Shown: piece by piece, positions 12,613 through 24,900 of the stretch | How positions within the stretch are numbered: the first letter of the stretch is position 1 | How the letters are laid out: every line of letters begins with the position of its first letter | Assembly (NCBI GenBank): GCA_963514005.1 | Contig: OY740789.1 | Coordinates: 41,850,001 to 41,914,000, forward strand | Length of the DNA stretch: 64,000 bases | Source: Raja brachyura | Lineage: Eukaryota | Direction of reading: 5' to 3' | Program-made: the position numbers and the translations under genes | The notes under the pieces: generated by a model | The model's input: the letters and a program-made list of their open reading frames with translations, nothing else | Told to the model about the DNA's origin: nothing | Database searches by the model: none

Positions 12613-13409
12613 CTGTGAGGCAAATATAAAAGTACGACACTGATAATGTGTCACAAATGTTTCTATAGTATATTTAAATGCCAAGAATATCAACATTTTA
12701 GAACCAGTAAATCTAACCTCAAAAAATGCTTAATGTCAGTGTTTATATTGACCATCATTTCCGACTAACCGCAATAAGTACACCACACTAATTACTGGAT
12801 AATTATTTGGTTACATACCACATTCAATAAATAAGTAGTTTGTGGTATGTATAAATTTTCCTCTACAATCTTAATGAGCCATTTGGCTTTGGTTCAGAGT
12901 GCTCATGAGACAGCTTTTTTTAAATCTGGTGCAATTGCATTATGATCAACAATGTACATTAACAATGTAATGTATTCAAAGATCTTTCATGAGACTATGT
13001 AAGAAAGTGACAGGAAGTGATTATATAGAGATTAAAAAATATATATTTTTACAAATTTTAGAGCATAACTTGAAGGGGAAGGGGGGGGCATGAGGTTTAG
13101 GAAGCTGATGGGCAGAAAACATTTTCTTTTAAAAGGTAATTGCTATCTTGAAATGTAGATTCAGTTGACAAGACCAAAATAAAATTATGAATTAGTTCAC
13201 CATTTGGAAAGCTTTAGTACATTTTAAATGTGCTACTGGATCCTACAATATCCTGTATCAATTTGCTGATGATTGAGACTAGACATTGGGGTGCAATTAG
13301 GTGAATTGGATTTGTCCCTTTTTTTGCTCATCTTGGGAATTTTCCACAAAGCTTGGTTGATGCAACTACTGAAACGCACAGCAAATAGCTGTTCTGGAAT
13401 GCTAGTCGA

Positions 13410-13757
13410 TTTAAATCTAATTACCGGTTGGGTGAGGTGGGTGGGGAGGGGTGTGAGGCAGGTATATCACCACTTTTTTCTTTCTTTCTCTTTTTGTCCT
13501 TTTATTTTTTTTTTATTTTTTTTTTTCTATTCCTCTCTTCTTTCTTTCATTTATTCACTCTTTGGCTACACCACTGGTAGTCTAGGGGTTCTATCTTTGC
13601 ACATCTCACTATTTCTCTTTCTTGCTTTTTCTCCTTACTTTTTTTCCCAACTGTAGCTAAAAAGTTAAAATTGAAGCTGTAAAATAACTATAATTTTATA
13701 TGCCGTTGGTTCTATTTTTGTACATTTGCTAATAAATAAAAATATTTTAAAATAAAA
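13410..13757 (+). mobile_element. L1/Tx1-type 3' UTR insertion
   Basis: 14-bp TSD GGAATGCTAGTCGA (13396-13409, 13758-13771), G-rich tract, AATAAA and A-rich tail. Confidence 0.75.
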
Positions 13758-13914
13758 GGAATGCTAGTCGACAGCACTAGAGCCAAGATGTTTGGAAAAT
13801 TAATCTAGCTTTACATTCACAACTGCAGTACATATCTTTGTAATTGTTCTTTATAATAGCTCAATTTAGAAAAGACGAAAGACCCCAACAGGCACCAATG
13901 TACTACATTCTTAC

Positions 13915-14092
13915 TTTCTTGAAGATGAAGTGGAGAGTTAATGAGATTGTCTAGCGTTCGAGGCCCATGCTCAGATTGCAGAGCTGGAAAGCCAGGAATA
14001 AGACAGGCATAAATCAGTAGCTGTTCTTCAGTGCAATTGTGTTGGAGTGCTTGCATCCACAACAAAAAGAGGCGTACACCTTCCCTTCGAAT
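13915..14092 (-). CDS. RALGAPA1: RALGAPA1 exon 6 (178 nt)
   Basis: tttcag|[59 protein letters not shown]|gtaaga. Confidence 0.95.
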
Positions 14093-14490
14093 CTGAAATG
14101 GATAGAAAGAACATAATCTATAACCCATAAAATTCTGATCATAATGAAATGTTTAAAGAAATCTAAACCAAATGTTGCTGGTGGGACTAGAATTTGTCTT
14201 AATTTATAATACAAATTAAGAGGGCTTATGTTCTTGAGAAGTGCCATGATTTCACAACACAGTAAAATGTAAGTTTCAAAAAAATCTGTATTGTACGAAA
14301 ACAGCAATCCAATCTCTGAAGACAGAAGTAGCTTCAGAACAACAATCTTTATGGCAAAATGGTCATTATTTTCATCCCCCATTACTAACATCAAAAGGAC
14401 AAACATGGGATAAATATACATGTGCCAACCACACTGGGTTTCAGGCCATTTCCAATCACATCTTAAAAAAACAACAAAAACATGCAAAAC

Positions 14491-14534
14491 CTTCAGGGAG
14501 TTCCCAACATGAAGGAGTTTCTTTAAAATCAAGC
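14491..14534 (-). CDS. RALGAPA1: RALGAPA1 exon 5 (44 nt)
   Basis: ttgcag|GLILKKLLHVGNSLK|gttttg. Confidence 0.93.
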
Positions 14535-15164
14535 CTGCAAAACAAAAGAAAAGCAACGTTTGCAACAAAGAAAAGAAAATACACTCCAAACACAGCACAG
14601 TTTAAGGGCAAATTGTCCAAGCTCTCGGTCAGACTTGATAAATGCTAGTAATCAAGTCCTTGGCATTTACTCTTTTAGTCTTGGTGACCTTTGTACCCTC
14701 TGACATTATTTTTTTATTGTCAAAAGGAAAAGGAAAGATCACCACGCACAAAAAACAGAGTATTAAAATTCCTGCTTTCTACTGAGTAGATGATTCATTT
14801 AAATATCACTTTTTGAATTGCTCCAGTTACTTTATCGTAATACAGCTGCTTTAAACATTTGATCCAAAGATGTCTGAAAAATGAAAATCTACAAATATAG
14901 TAAATTAACAAAATAGATTTACAGCAAGAAATGTTCCTTCATCAATCCCCACAAAAACTGAAATACACATATTAACAACTCCATACATTTGATATGATTA
15001 ATAATCAACAGTATTACCGAAATACCTCAAAAATAATCTTAGCTAGAAATTTTCATTGTGACGAAATGAAATAATGCAATTTGCGCTTACAGTATTGACA
15101 TAGTGGAACAGGCCCATAATTCGTACATATCCCTATAAATAATATAGGGAATATGTACGAATTA

Positions 15165-15817
15165 TGGGCCTGTCCCACTTAGGCGATTTTTCAGGCACAC
15201 ACACACCGCTTCCTTCTCCAGCCCGTTATGCAGACGGGGACAGGACAAGTGGGGGGAGTGCTGTCTGAGTGAAATTCACACGGTGCAAAGCCAATGTGAT
15301 ACAGACACACACCGCGATGAGCAGGAAGGTTGGTGCTGTAATTAAGACGGTGAAAGCAAAGTGTATGGGAAGAATCACGTAAGTCCTTTAGAAGCGGGGG
15401 GGAGAAGAAAGTATGGAGACAACTGTTAAGAAGCCAGAGATACACGGCAGACATTAACATAACCGCTCGGCAGACATTAACATAACTGCTCGGTTATCCT
15501 TGGTTCTAAAAACTACTGCTTACGGATTTTTTCTCCCAATGAGCCAATGAAATTCACCGGCTACAACCTACGAGAACCTACGACAACCTTCGACCTCCTG
15601 GCAATCCACCTACAGCGCGAAAATTCTTGCTTCTCTCCATGGCGGATTCAACATGCTGAAAAATTTGCAGCGACCACAATGAGGCCACGACTAGTTTCCA
15701 GAATGCGGGAACTCCTCATCACCATGAAGGTGACTACCCGGCAACCACCCGCAACCATGTGGCGGCCGCGTAGTTTCCTGCAGTCGCCTAAAAAGTCGCC
15801 TCAGTGGGACAGGCCCA
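15165..15817. mobile_element. PIF/Harbinger-like MITE
   Basis: TIRs TGGGCCTGTCCCACTTAGGCGATTTTT / AAAAAGTCGCCTCAGTGGGACAGGCCCA; TTA TSD on both sides; no transposase ORF. Confidence 0.75.
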
Positions 15818-15907
15818 TTAGAATATTGTAAAATACTTTTAAATTATTTATCTTTTCCACATAGTAAATGCTCATGCAAATAAGTAATCAAAGAACTGTC
15901 AGATCAC

Positions 15908-15965
15908 CTATACTGTGGAATTGCCATCTGGTCTGAATTCTTTCTGGAAGATGTTGCAAAATTTT
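15908..15965 (-). CDS. RALGAPA1: RALGAPA1 exon 4 (58 nt)
   Basis: ttgcag|KILQHLPERIQTRWQFHSI G|gtgatc. Confidence 0.95.
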
Positions 15966-16618
15966 CTGCAAAACAAGAGTTCAATTTGGATCAAGGTTTG
16001 CTCTTTCCAGAAAAAAAAACTGTTCCTAGAAACATTACTAGCAAGTTACTACTAGAAACATGCAGTTTTACCAAGAAAAACTACAGAAATGTGAATGTCA
16101 AGTTTTTGATTATTTTAACATCAAACTCAAGTCTATATCGAGGAATAACATGCAGCAGCAAGCAACAGGTAGATTCAATAGTACAAACCTCAAAACAGAA
16201 ACTGTGGTTAGGCAGTTTTTGAATAACTATGAATTTGCTTTTTTGTGGAAAATATTTATAATTATATAGTAAAAGCACATAGAAACAGCATACTCAAAAA
16301 AATATCTTAAACTCTGGGGACTCAATTCAAATTTGCCCAGATTATACAGAGGGTCCTTCAGAGTAACATTTATCTGTAAAATAATAATGTATCAAGTTTA
16401 AGAGCCCAAACCATTTATATGGCAACAATTAGCAACATTACTCAGAGCCCACAAATGATTACTACTTTTAACATTTCCATCATTAATGAGTGAAACTTCT
16501 GATTAGGTTTACGGCGCTTTTTTAAAAAGACCATCGCTACAATAGGTGCATAGCCCTCACGAATATATTTAATGGTTACACTGAACACCTCAGCTTGTAT
16601 ATTCCTAATGAAGGCAAG

Positions 16619-17761
16619 TCAAAGTCAAAGTCAAACAAAAGTCAAGTCAAACAAACTTTATTGTCATTTAGAAATACATTGATATATGCAGTTCCAAACG
16701 AAATTACGTTGCATTTGGCTCCCTGTGCAACACAATAAATTAACCGAAGGATAGGTATGTATGAAAAGGATAAATAGACAATAGTGGCAGCCCATTTACA
16801 TGGCATTCAGGAGTCTGATGGCTCGTGGGAAGAAGCTGTTGCGGAACCTTGATGTTCTGCTCCTCATGCTGCGGTATCTTTTTCCCGAGGGCAGCAGAGT
16901 GAACAGTCCGTGATGGAGATGTGTGGGGTCCTTTATGATACTGCTGGCCTTAGACACACAGCGTTTGGTCGCAATATCCCCGATTGAGGGGAGAGAGGTC
17001 CCGATGATTTTTTCCGCTGTCCTCACCACTCTCTGCACAGACTTCCAGTCGGAGGCTCTACAGTCCCCAGACCAGACAGAGATACAGCTGGTCAGAATAC
17101 TCTCTATGGTGCCCCTGTAGAAAGTAGTGAGGATGGGATGGGGGAGATGAGCTCTTCTCATCCGGCGCAGAAAGTGCAACCGCTGCTGCGCTCTCTTAAC
17201 AGTTGATGAGATGTTAGTCGACCAGGTCAGACTGTTAGTGACCTGCACCCCCAGGAACTTTGTGCTACTGACCACCTCCACATCGCTGTCATTGATGTGA
17301 AGTGGTGTGGGACTGTGCCGGGTTTTCCTGAAGTCGACGATAATCTCCTTTGTTTTCTCGACATTCAGGATCAGGTTGTTCGTATTGCACCAGTCCACCA
17401 GTTGTTTCACCTCCTCCCTGTAAGCCAGCTCATTGTCGTCCCTGATGAGGCTCACCACTGTTGTGTCATCTGCGTACTTCATGATGTGGTTTGTACTAAA
17501 CCTGGCACAACAGTCGTGAGTCATCAGGGTGAACAGCAGTGGACTCAGGACACAGCCCTGAGGGGAGCCGGTGCTTAGAGAGATGGTATTGGAGGTGTTA
17601 TTTCCAACCCTCACAGACTGAGGTCTGTCAGTGAGGAAGTCCAGTAGCCAGTTACACATGGGGGTGCCGAGGCCCAATGGAACCAGTTTGCTTATCAGGT
17701 GCTGGGGGATAATGGTGTTGAATGCTGAACTGAAATCCACGAACAGCATTCGCACATAGGT
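16619..17761 (-). mobile_element. Young 5'-truncated Rex1/Babar LINE with an uninterrupted 319-aa RT ORF
   Basis: ORF 16796-17755 with [24 protein letters not shown] and KYADD; (TTTGAC)n tail; TSD GGCAAG at 16613 and 17762. Confidence 0.93.
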
Positions 17762-18029
17762 GGCAAGCAGGAGACTCGGCTAATTTAAAAAAAAAATACC
17801 CCTGAGCGTTTCAAGCAAGAAAATAAATCCAACATGCCACAAGTCTTGAGATGTTACTACTTAATCACATCTCAATATTGGTTATAAATATTGCAGGCAT
17901 CTTGCATACACGTTATTTAAACACAGTAATCTGAGGATACATTATAAATACATTAAAAAATATATCTAATGATGCTGGCTCCATTTAAGTTTGCAGCACA
18001 CTTTACGCTGCAGATGTGGTTACATGTCT

Positions 18030-18150
18030 CATTGTACAGACTTGAGCACAAAGTCTAATGGTCTAAAATAAATAATAAAAGAATGCAGCACCTTTAAAAG
18101 TGTTATCTTTTATATGAGAACCAAGACTAAATGTCCCATCTTGCAAATAT
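18030..18150 (+). mobile_element. Ancient Deu-domain SINE relic (SacSINE1/AmnSINE-like)
   Basis: CAGACTTGAGCACAAA.TCTA...TGCAGCAC...TCTTT...ATGAGA resembles the recalled Deu-SINE consensus; highly decayed. Confidence 0.35.
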
Positions 18151-18799
18151 AAACAATTCCCTGTCACCGTTACCAACAGCTAATGATTACCTTTAGCATT
18201 TTAAGCCGTTTCTTATTTCCAAATAAATCTCGCAAAAGAGGAAAAACATACGATTGCCCTGTTGTAATCACAGTACTGCGTGTGTAGAAGTTTGACATGT
18301 ACAAACCAGCTACATTGTATACTTTATGCTTGTAACTACAGTTTCAATGTACTTCAGTGGGTTCAAATGGACTTTAAAACTTACCAAGATCATAAGCTAC
18401 ACATGCTTATTGCTTATTACTCAAATTTTCCAAACATTCAATTTGATTTCTAACAAGAAAAGTTGGATTCAAGGTTAAAACAAAAGGATATCTCAGAAGC
18501 ATTTTATGCAGCATTTGCATCAATAGCTAAAGGAAAATAAACTGCGGAAACATAATAAAACCAATGCAAAATGCTGGAAGCATTTACGTGTAGCAGGTAA
18601 GGCTGCATCAATGGGGAGTGTACCAGGCAAAATTGAGTCAAGGATCTATCAATTAAATTGGAACAGTGAAAATAAGGCTTTGTTAAGTTGCACAGATGTG
18701 GACAAAACACAGGAAATGTCTGTGTTTGGGTGAAGACTAAATATGGATTGGGGAGACAGATTGACGAGAAGACAGAGACAGGCAGGCAGACAGACACTT

Positions 18800-19083
18800 T
18801 TACTAGAGGCCCTAGGTTTCAGATGACAATGGACGAGGTTTAAAAAAAATATGGAGGCAAGTTTTGTTTTTACACTGAGTGGTAGGTACCTGGAATCACC
18901 AGAAGTGATAGAAGCAGATACGATAGCAATGTTTAAGAGGTATTTAGGCAGATACATAAACAGACTGGGAACAGAAGGATTTGGACCATGTGTAAGAAGA
19001 TGGGATTAGTTTAGATTAGCATCAGGGAGGGCGCAGGCACGGTGGGTTAAAAGGTCTGTTCCTGTGCTGTATTGTTCTCTGTT
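18800..19083 (+). mobile_element. CR1 3' fragment
   Basis: Decayed TRG..F....FF...VV..WN pattern and GG.CTGTTCCTGTGCTGTA 3' end. Confidence 0.65.
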
Positions 19084-19734
19084 GTAAAAAGAGAAAAAAA
19101 ACAAAGAGAGAAAAAGTCACCTGAAATTTTTATTTTCAGGATTATATTTTGGTTATTTTGTACCCAGACAAAAGATAAAGTGTTAATTGGCACTTGCTGG
19201 AACAATGCACAAAGTGAAAGAGGGAGAGTTCAGAGTGGGAGTGGGTTACTGGTCCTCCTCCAATGGGATTTCACCGCCTTGCAAATCTTCTGCTACGTTG
19301 AGCATTCCAAGGGACTGCTATTTCCACAACTCTGTGGTCCACTCTTGGCATCCCGACCAACCACTCCCCTTCTCCATGCAGTCAGCAAAAGATGCAAAAC
19401 CTGACCTTTTAAATTGTGCAAGGACCCAGAAAATACTTATTTCAATTTAGTTTATAGTATTCAGTATTCATTATGTTCAATCCAAATGCAAATCGGGCAA
19501 CCGCTTTGCAGTACACTTCTGTTCAGTCACAAGTGTGACTGCGAGAATAACTCCTGTCACTTCAATTCATTCCCAACTCACATTCTCACCTCTGCCTTCA
19601 GCCACCTTGATCACTCCAATATATATATTGTGTCCATTTCTAAAGTTTGGTATTTGGTGTGCGCACAATGCAGCCGATTCAATATAGCAAGATGAGTGCA
19701 ATTTGGGCTCAATGTTGGGTGTTAATTTATGAAC

Positions 19735-20860
19735 GAATACGTTTATTGGCCAAGTATTCACATACAAGGAATTTGCCTTGGTGATCCGCCCACAAGTGAC
19801 AACATGACATACAGTGACAGTTAAGAATGATACATAAAACATGAACCATTAATAATAAAACATTATTGATTAAACATGTGAATTAAATAAAATACCACAG
19901 CAAAAGGAGGCTGCAGATTTTTGGTTATTAAGTAGAGCTACTACTCATGGAAAAAAGTTGCTTTTGGCTGTGGCTGTGGCAGCTTTGACAGTCTGGAGTC
20001 GCCTTCCTGAGGGAAGTGATTCAAAGAGTTTGCGGCCAGGGTGAGAGGGGTCAGAAATGATCTTACCCGCTCGCTTCTTCGCCCTTGCAATGTACAGTTT
20101 GTCAATGAAGGGAAGGTTGCAGCCAATAACCTTCTCAGCTGATCGGATGATTCGCTGCAGCCTCCGGGTGTCATGCTTGGTGGCTGAGTCAAACCAGACC
20201 ATGATGGAGAAGGTGATGACAGATTCTACGATGGCCATATAGAATTGGACCATCATTGCCTGTGGCAGATTATGGTGTTGAATGCAGAGCTAAAATCCTA
20301 AAATCAACAAAAAAAATCCTCGCATAGGTCCACTGGTGGTCTAGGAGCTTCAGGATGAAGTGAAGGCCCAGGTTGACTGCGTCATCCACAGATCTATTGG
20401 CCTGATATACAAACTGCAGAGGGTCTAGCAGGGGGTTCGTGCTATTTTTCAGCTTGGCCAGCACGAGCCTTTCAAAGGTCTTCATGACTAGAGGTCAGTG
20501 CGATAGCCCGGTAGTCATTAAGACCAGTAATCCCTGCCTTTTTGGGTACAGGGACAATAATGGAGACTTTGAAGTACAGATTTGCAGGGACTGGATGAAA
20601 ATGTCTGTGTAAACTGGTGCCAGTTGTTCGGCACAGAGCTTCAGAGTTGAGGGGGAAACATTGTCCGGTCCTGGAGATTTCCGGCTTTTCTGTCTGAAAA
20701 GCCTCTCCACCTCCTCTATTTTAATTGTTGATGATGGAGAAGTGATGTTGTGCAGCACGGAGGGTGTGGATAATTGGGTGTGAAGTGGTGATTGGAGAGG
20801 GGTGGGTGGGAAAAGGTCCAGTCTTGTCAGACTGGAGTCTTGCTTTAAGTATGCTTTATG
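19735..20860 (-). mobile_element. Rex1-like LINE with internal deletion of the RT core
   Basis: KSPGPD, MKTFERLVL..LDPLQF..RSVDDAVN..FFVDF joined directly to LPQAMMVQFY...PSHPG...LPSGRR. Confidence 0.85.
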
Positions 20861-21589
20861 GGCAACACCAATTTGTCAGTAGACAGAAGTAGTGGAGTTA
20901 TCATTTAATTCCTTATTTTTTCAATCAACATACCTTGGTGACCTAATTTAAAGCAACTTTCCCAATCTCCAAAGCTAATTTAAAGGAAACAAACCAATGC
21001 CAAAAAGTAAACTACAACAGATCTGCCCAAGTTTCAAAGAGCAACATTAGAATTTGGCAGTCATGATATCCTTTGTTTTCAATTTGTAGTGATACTAATC
21101 AAAGCTATGGAAATGGAGTCCAAACCCTTCAAGTATATGTAATTAATTTACAAATGTAAATCTATATAATGTAATATTTCTTAACAGAATTTCCCTGCAC
21201 AAGTCTCAGTTTCCCAAAGTCTAAATTTCAAATGAGAAGTTAAATAGATACAGATGATTTCATTTTTTTCAGTCTTAGTGCATAATCCACACCACAGGTT
21301 TCAAAGGGCTACACCTTACCCTCCAGAAAGTTTAAGTCTCAAAAGCATAATTCCATTGCTCAACAGATATCTATAATTCCATGATGGGCATTGCAACACT
21401 AGCTGAGCACCCAAGTTGATTTGTGTGTCAAAAACCTGTTCATCGTTTTCAGCGTTTTCAAATCTATTATTCAATTTAAGTGAAAATTTAGTATTTTATG
21501 ATACATTAAGAAATGAACTCAGAACACAGTATTAACTATATGACACACAATAAGGATAATATAAACTAGACATTAACAATTTGGATGAC

Positions 21590-21872
21590 AATATCGTTAA
21601 CATTGTCCGTAAATTCACGGATGACACAAAAACTGGTAATCTAGTCGGTTGAGAGGAAGGATATATGTTTACAACAGGATCTAGATCAGTAGGGAAGGTG
21701 GGCCAAGCTATGTCAAATGGAATTTGGCTCTAACATGTGAAGTGTTGCATTTCAGTATGTCGAACCAGGTCAGGACTTGCACAGTAAATAGTACAACCAT
21801 GGAGATTTTTGCAGACAGAGATCTGGGAGTACAAGTCCATAGTTCTCTACAAGTGGCAAGTCAGATGGATAG
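21590..21872 (+). mobile_element. CR1 RT fragment (left part, interrupted)
   Basis: KFTDDTK...CEVLHF...RDLGVQVHSSLQVASQMD; resumes at 27924. Confidence 0.75.
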
Positions 21873-21903
21873 TCAAGAGAGTCAAGAGTGTTTTATAGTC
21901 ATA

Positions 21904-24900
21904 CTAGACCAAGCGAAACCCGTTGAGTCCCATTCCCCCAACGTAATATTCCTCCAGTAGCACTCACTTAACAGCACAGGCTTGGCAGGCAAGGGGGAGC
22001 ATGGCTGCGATGATTTTAAAGTTTAAAATGGCAATAACTTGTAAAATATAAGATGTGAACACATCTCACTCTCCCTCTTCAGTCCCCTATTCCCCTCCAT
22101 TATGCTTCCTCTCCCCACCCTCCTGCTTCCTCCCCCACCCCCTCCCCTCCTCCATTACCTTACCACACCTATCCTACTCCATTCCCCCTCATCCCCCAGC
22201 ACTCCTTCCCCCTCATCTTCACCCTCCCTCGTTTCCCCTCCCCTCCTACACTCCCTAACCTCTCCTTTCCTTTGTCAGTCACTCCCTCCCTCCATAACCC
22301 CTCTCCAGTTCCTACCCATCTCCTCTCCCTCTATCTCCTTCCTCCTCACCTCCCCCACCTTCCTCAATCCTCCCTCTTCACTTCCCCAGGATCTCGATGC
22401 AAACCACCGCCGGCCCCGTTTGTTCCACCACATTGGCAATTAAGTTGTAGTTGAGGCGGGGCTGTCGGACCAAGCGGTCTGGAGCTGCGGGAGGGGGAGG
22501 GAGAGGCCAAGGCTGCGGCCGAGTCCTTGCCCTGGGTCCTGCTCCTCTCCCTCCCCACGGGCCCGGACGCCACCACTCCCAGACCTTGCCCCAGACTCAG
22601 CGCCGCTGTCATTTCAAATCCCACACGCGCGGATACGGCGCCCACAGCGCATGCGCGGGGAGACTTTCAGTTATTTTAAAATCCGCACGAGCGGATACCC
22701 TCAGTCAGTCAATCCCTCCCTCACTCCCTCCATTTTACCTCCCTCCTCCTCCACTCCCTCCCTCTCCTTTCGCCTACCCTCAGTCACTCCCACCGTACCC
22801 CCTTTGAGGTCATTGTGAGGTGGAAGCTGCTGTGTTTTTCATTTCATGTAAATGAGATCCCATTGTTATGTCATGGTGGAACGCTGCTGTGTTTTTGAAA
22901 AGTAACTTTTAGGATTCAACCGATCGGAATGAAACTTGGCGCACTCGCAGCACAGGAGAACGGTGAGTGAACTGGCGAAAAATCATAGCGCTATCGCAAA
23001 CCATTTTTGCGCAAATAGAGAGACCGCCAAACTGGAAGATAACAAGATCAGAGTTTTAGTTATGTATAGATAGATATTGGGCCCCGTTCCCCGGCAATAT
23101 TCCACCACTCACCCATAGCCCCAACTGCGCAGGCGCGGCTCATTTCCCCTCATCCCCAACATTCCCCCCCCTCCACCCTCCCTCTTTTCTCCCCTCTCCG
23201 CCTCCACTCCCTCCCACACCTCTCCTTTCCCCTACCCTCAGTCACTTCCTCCCACCCTCCATAACCCCTCTCCCCTCCCTACCCCCCTGACCCTTTGGGC
23301 TCCGTTTCCACCACTCACCTTTCCCCCAACGCAACCCGTTCTCCCAACGCAATATTTTACCACTCACCCATAGCTCAACTGCTCAGGCGCGGTTCATACA
23401 CCCCTTCCCACTCACCCTCCATCTTCTCTCCCTTCTCCTCACCTCTCACTCCCTCTCCTTTTCGCTACCCTCAGTCACGCCCGCCCTCACCTCTCCCCTA
23501 TCGCAATCCCCCGCTAACCACAATGTTTAAATAACATTTCTTCTCCTCCCCTCCCCCATTCCCTCCCTTTCTTTACAACAATGTAAGAAATCTCCCATTG
23601 CACTGGGTGCAGCTTATCCGAACACTGTTGATTAGCAGCTGAGATCCCATTGTGATGTAATTGTTGGGTGGAGGACTGTTGACAGCAGCTTGTGTAAAAG
23701 AGATCCCACTGTGATTGGATGAATGTGATAGCCCATTGTGACATCATAGCTGGAAACTGCCAGAATCTCGCAGCAGCTGGCAAGTTAACTGCCAAGTTAT
23801 TGTTATCAAAGTAGGTCTTGTAATGTGTTCTGTAATTTTTTTAATGTCAATAACTTGTGAAATATAACATTGATCTGAATGAAACTTGACACAAACGACA
23901 ACAAGACAATGGTGAGTAAGGTTCTGCAACAATCGTAGCGCTATTGTGTACCATTTTGGTGTAGTTCTGGGATCTCATGGACACACGCGCATATATAGAT
24001 AGATAAACAAACAAGATGAGAGTTTTAATAATATATACTAGACCAAGTGGGACCCATTGGTTCCTTGTCACCACTCACCTATAGCCCCCATGGGAAGCCT
24101 GGTCCCCCAACACAACACGTTCCCCAAGGCAATATTTCACCACTCGCCCGTTTCCCCAACACAATATTCCACTACTCACCCATAGCCCCCAACTGCGCAG
24201 GGGCTGCTCAATTTACTTTTTTCAAAATTCAGTGCAATGTGACTTTAAAATATTTTAAGAAAAGCACCCTCCCTTCATGTTGCCAGGAAAAACGGATTGC
24301 TGGGAGCCTGGCAGAACTGAGTGTGCCGAGATTGCAACATTGTAGCATTGTGAAGTCATAGCTGCAGGTATAGCTGCAGATTTAAGTATTTTTTCTCAAA
24401 TCTTGACTTTTTAAATTATAAAATGTGAAATTACTTGTGAAATATAACATCAATCTGAACGAAACTTTATACAAACGACCGGCGTAAGTAAGGTGGTGCA
24501 TACATTTTTGCGCTATTGTGTACCGTTTTGGCGAAACAACAAGAGTTTTAGTAATATACTAGACCAAGTGGGACCCGTTGGGTCCCGTACCCTTAAAGCG
24601 TGGGTGTGGGGGGCGGCCTGAGGTGTCACACACACTAACCACCCCTCCTTTTACCCCATGCCCCGCCCTATCCACTCATGCATAACCCCCAACTCGCAGG
24701 CGCGGTTAAAAGGGGGGTAGAGAGAGGGGTAGAGAGGGACACACAGGCACAGAGACAGACACAAAGAAGCACAGAGAGGGACACAGAGAGGGTCACAGAT
24801 TTTTGAACATTTTCATTAATAACTCGAGAAATAAAGCATGAATTTTTCAGGTAAGGCGGTTTTGGACTCCAGTGGAAAAATCTCTACCGGAATATGTAAA

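Noticed and set aside
14014-14598. 194-aa ORF
   Set aside because: Read-through of RALGAPA1 exon 5 into intron; only 44 nt are coding.
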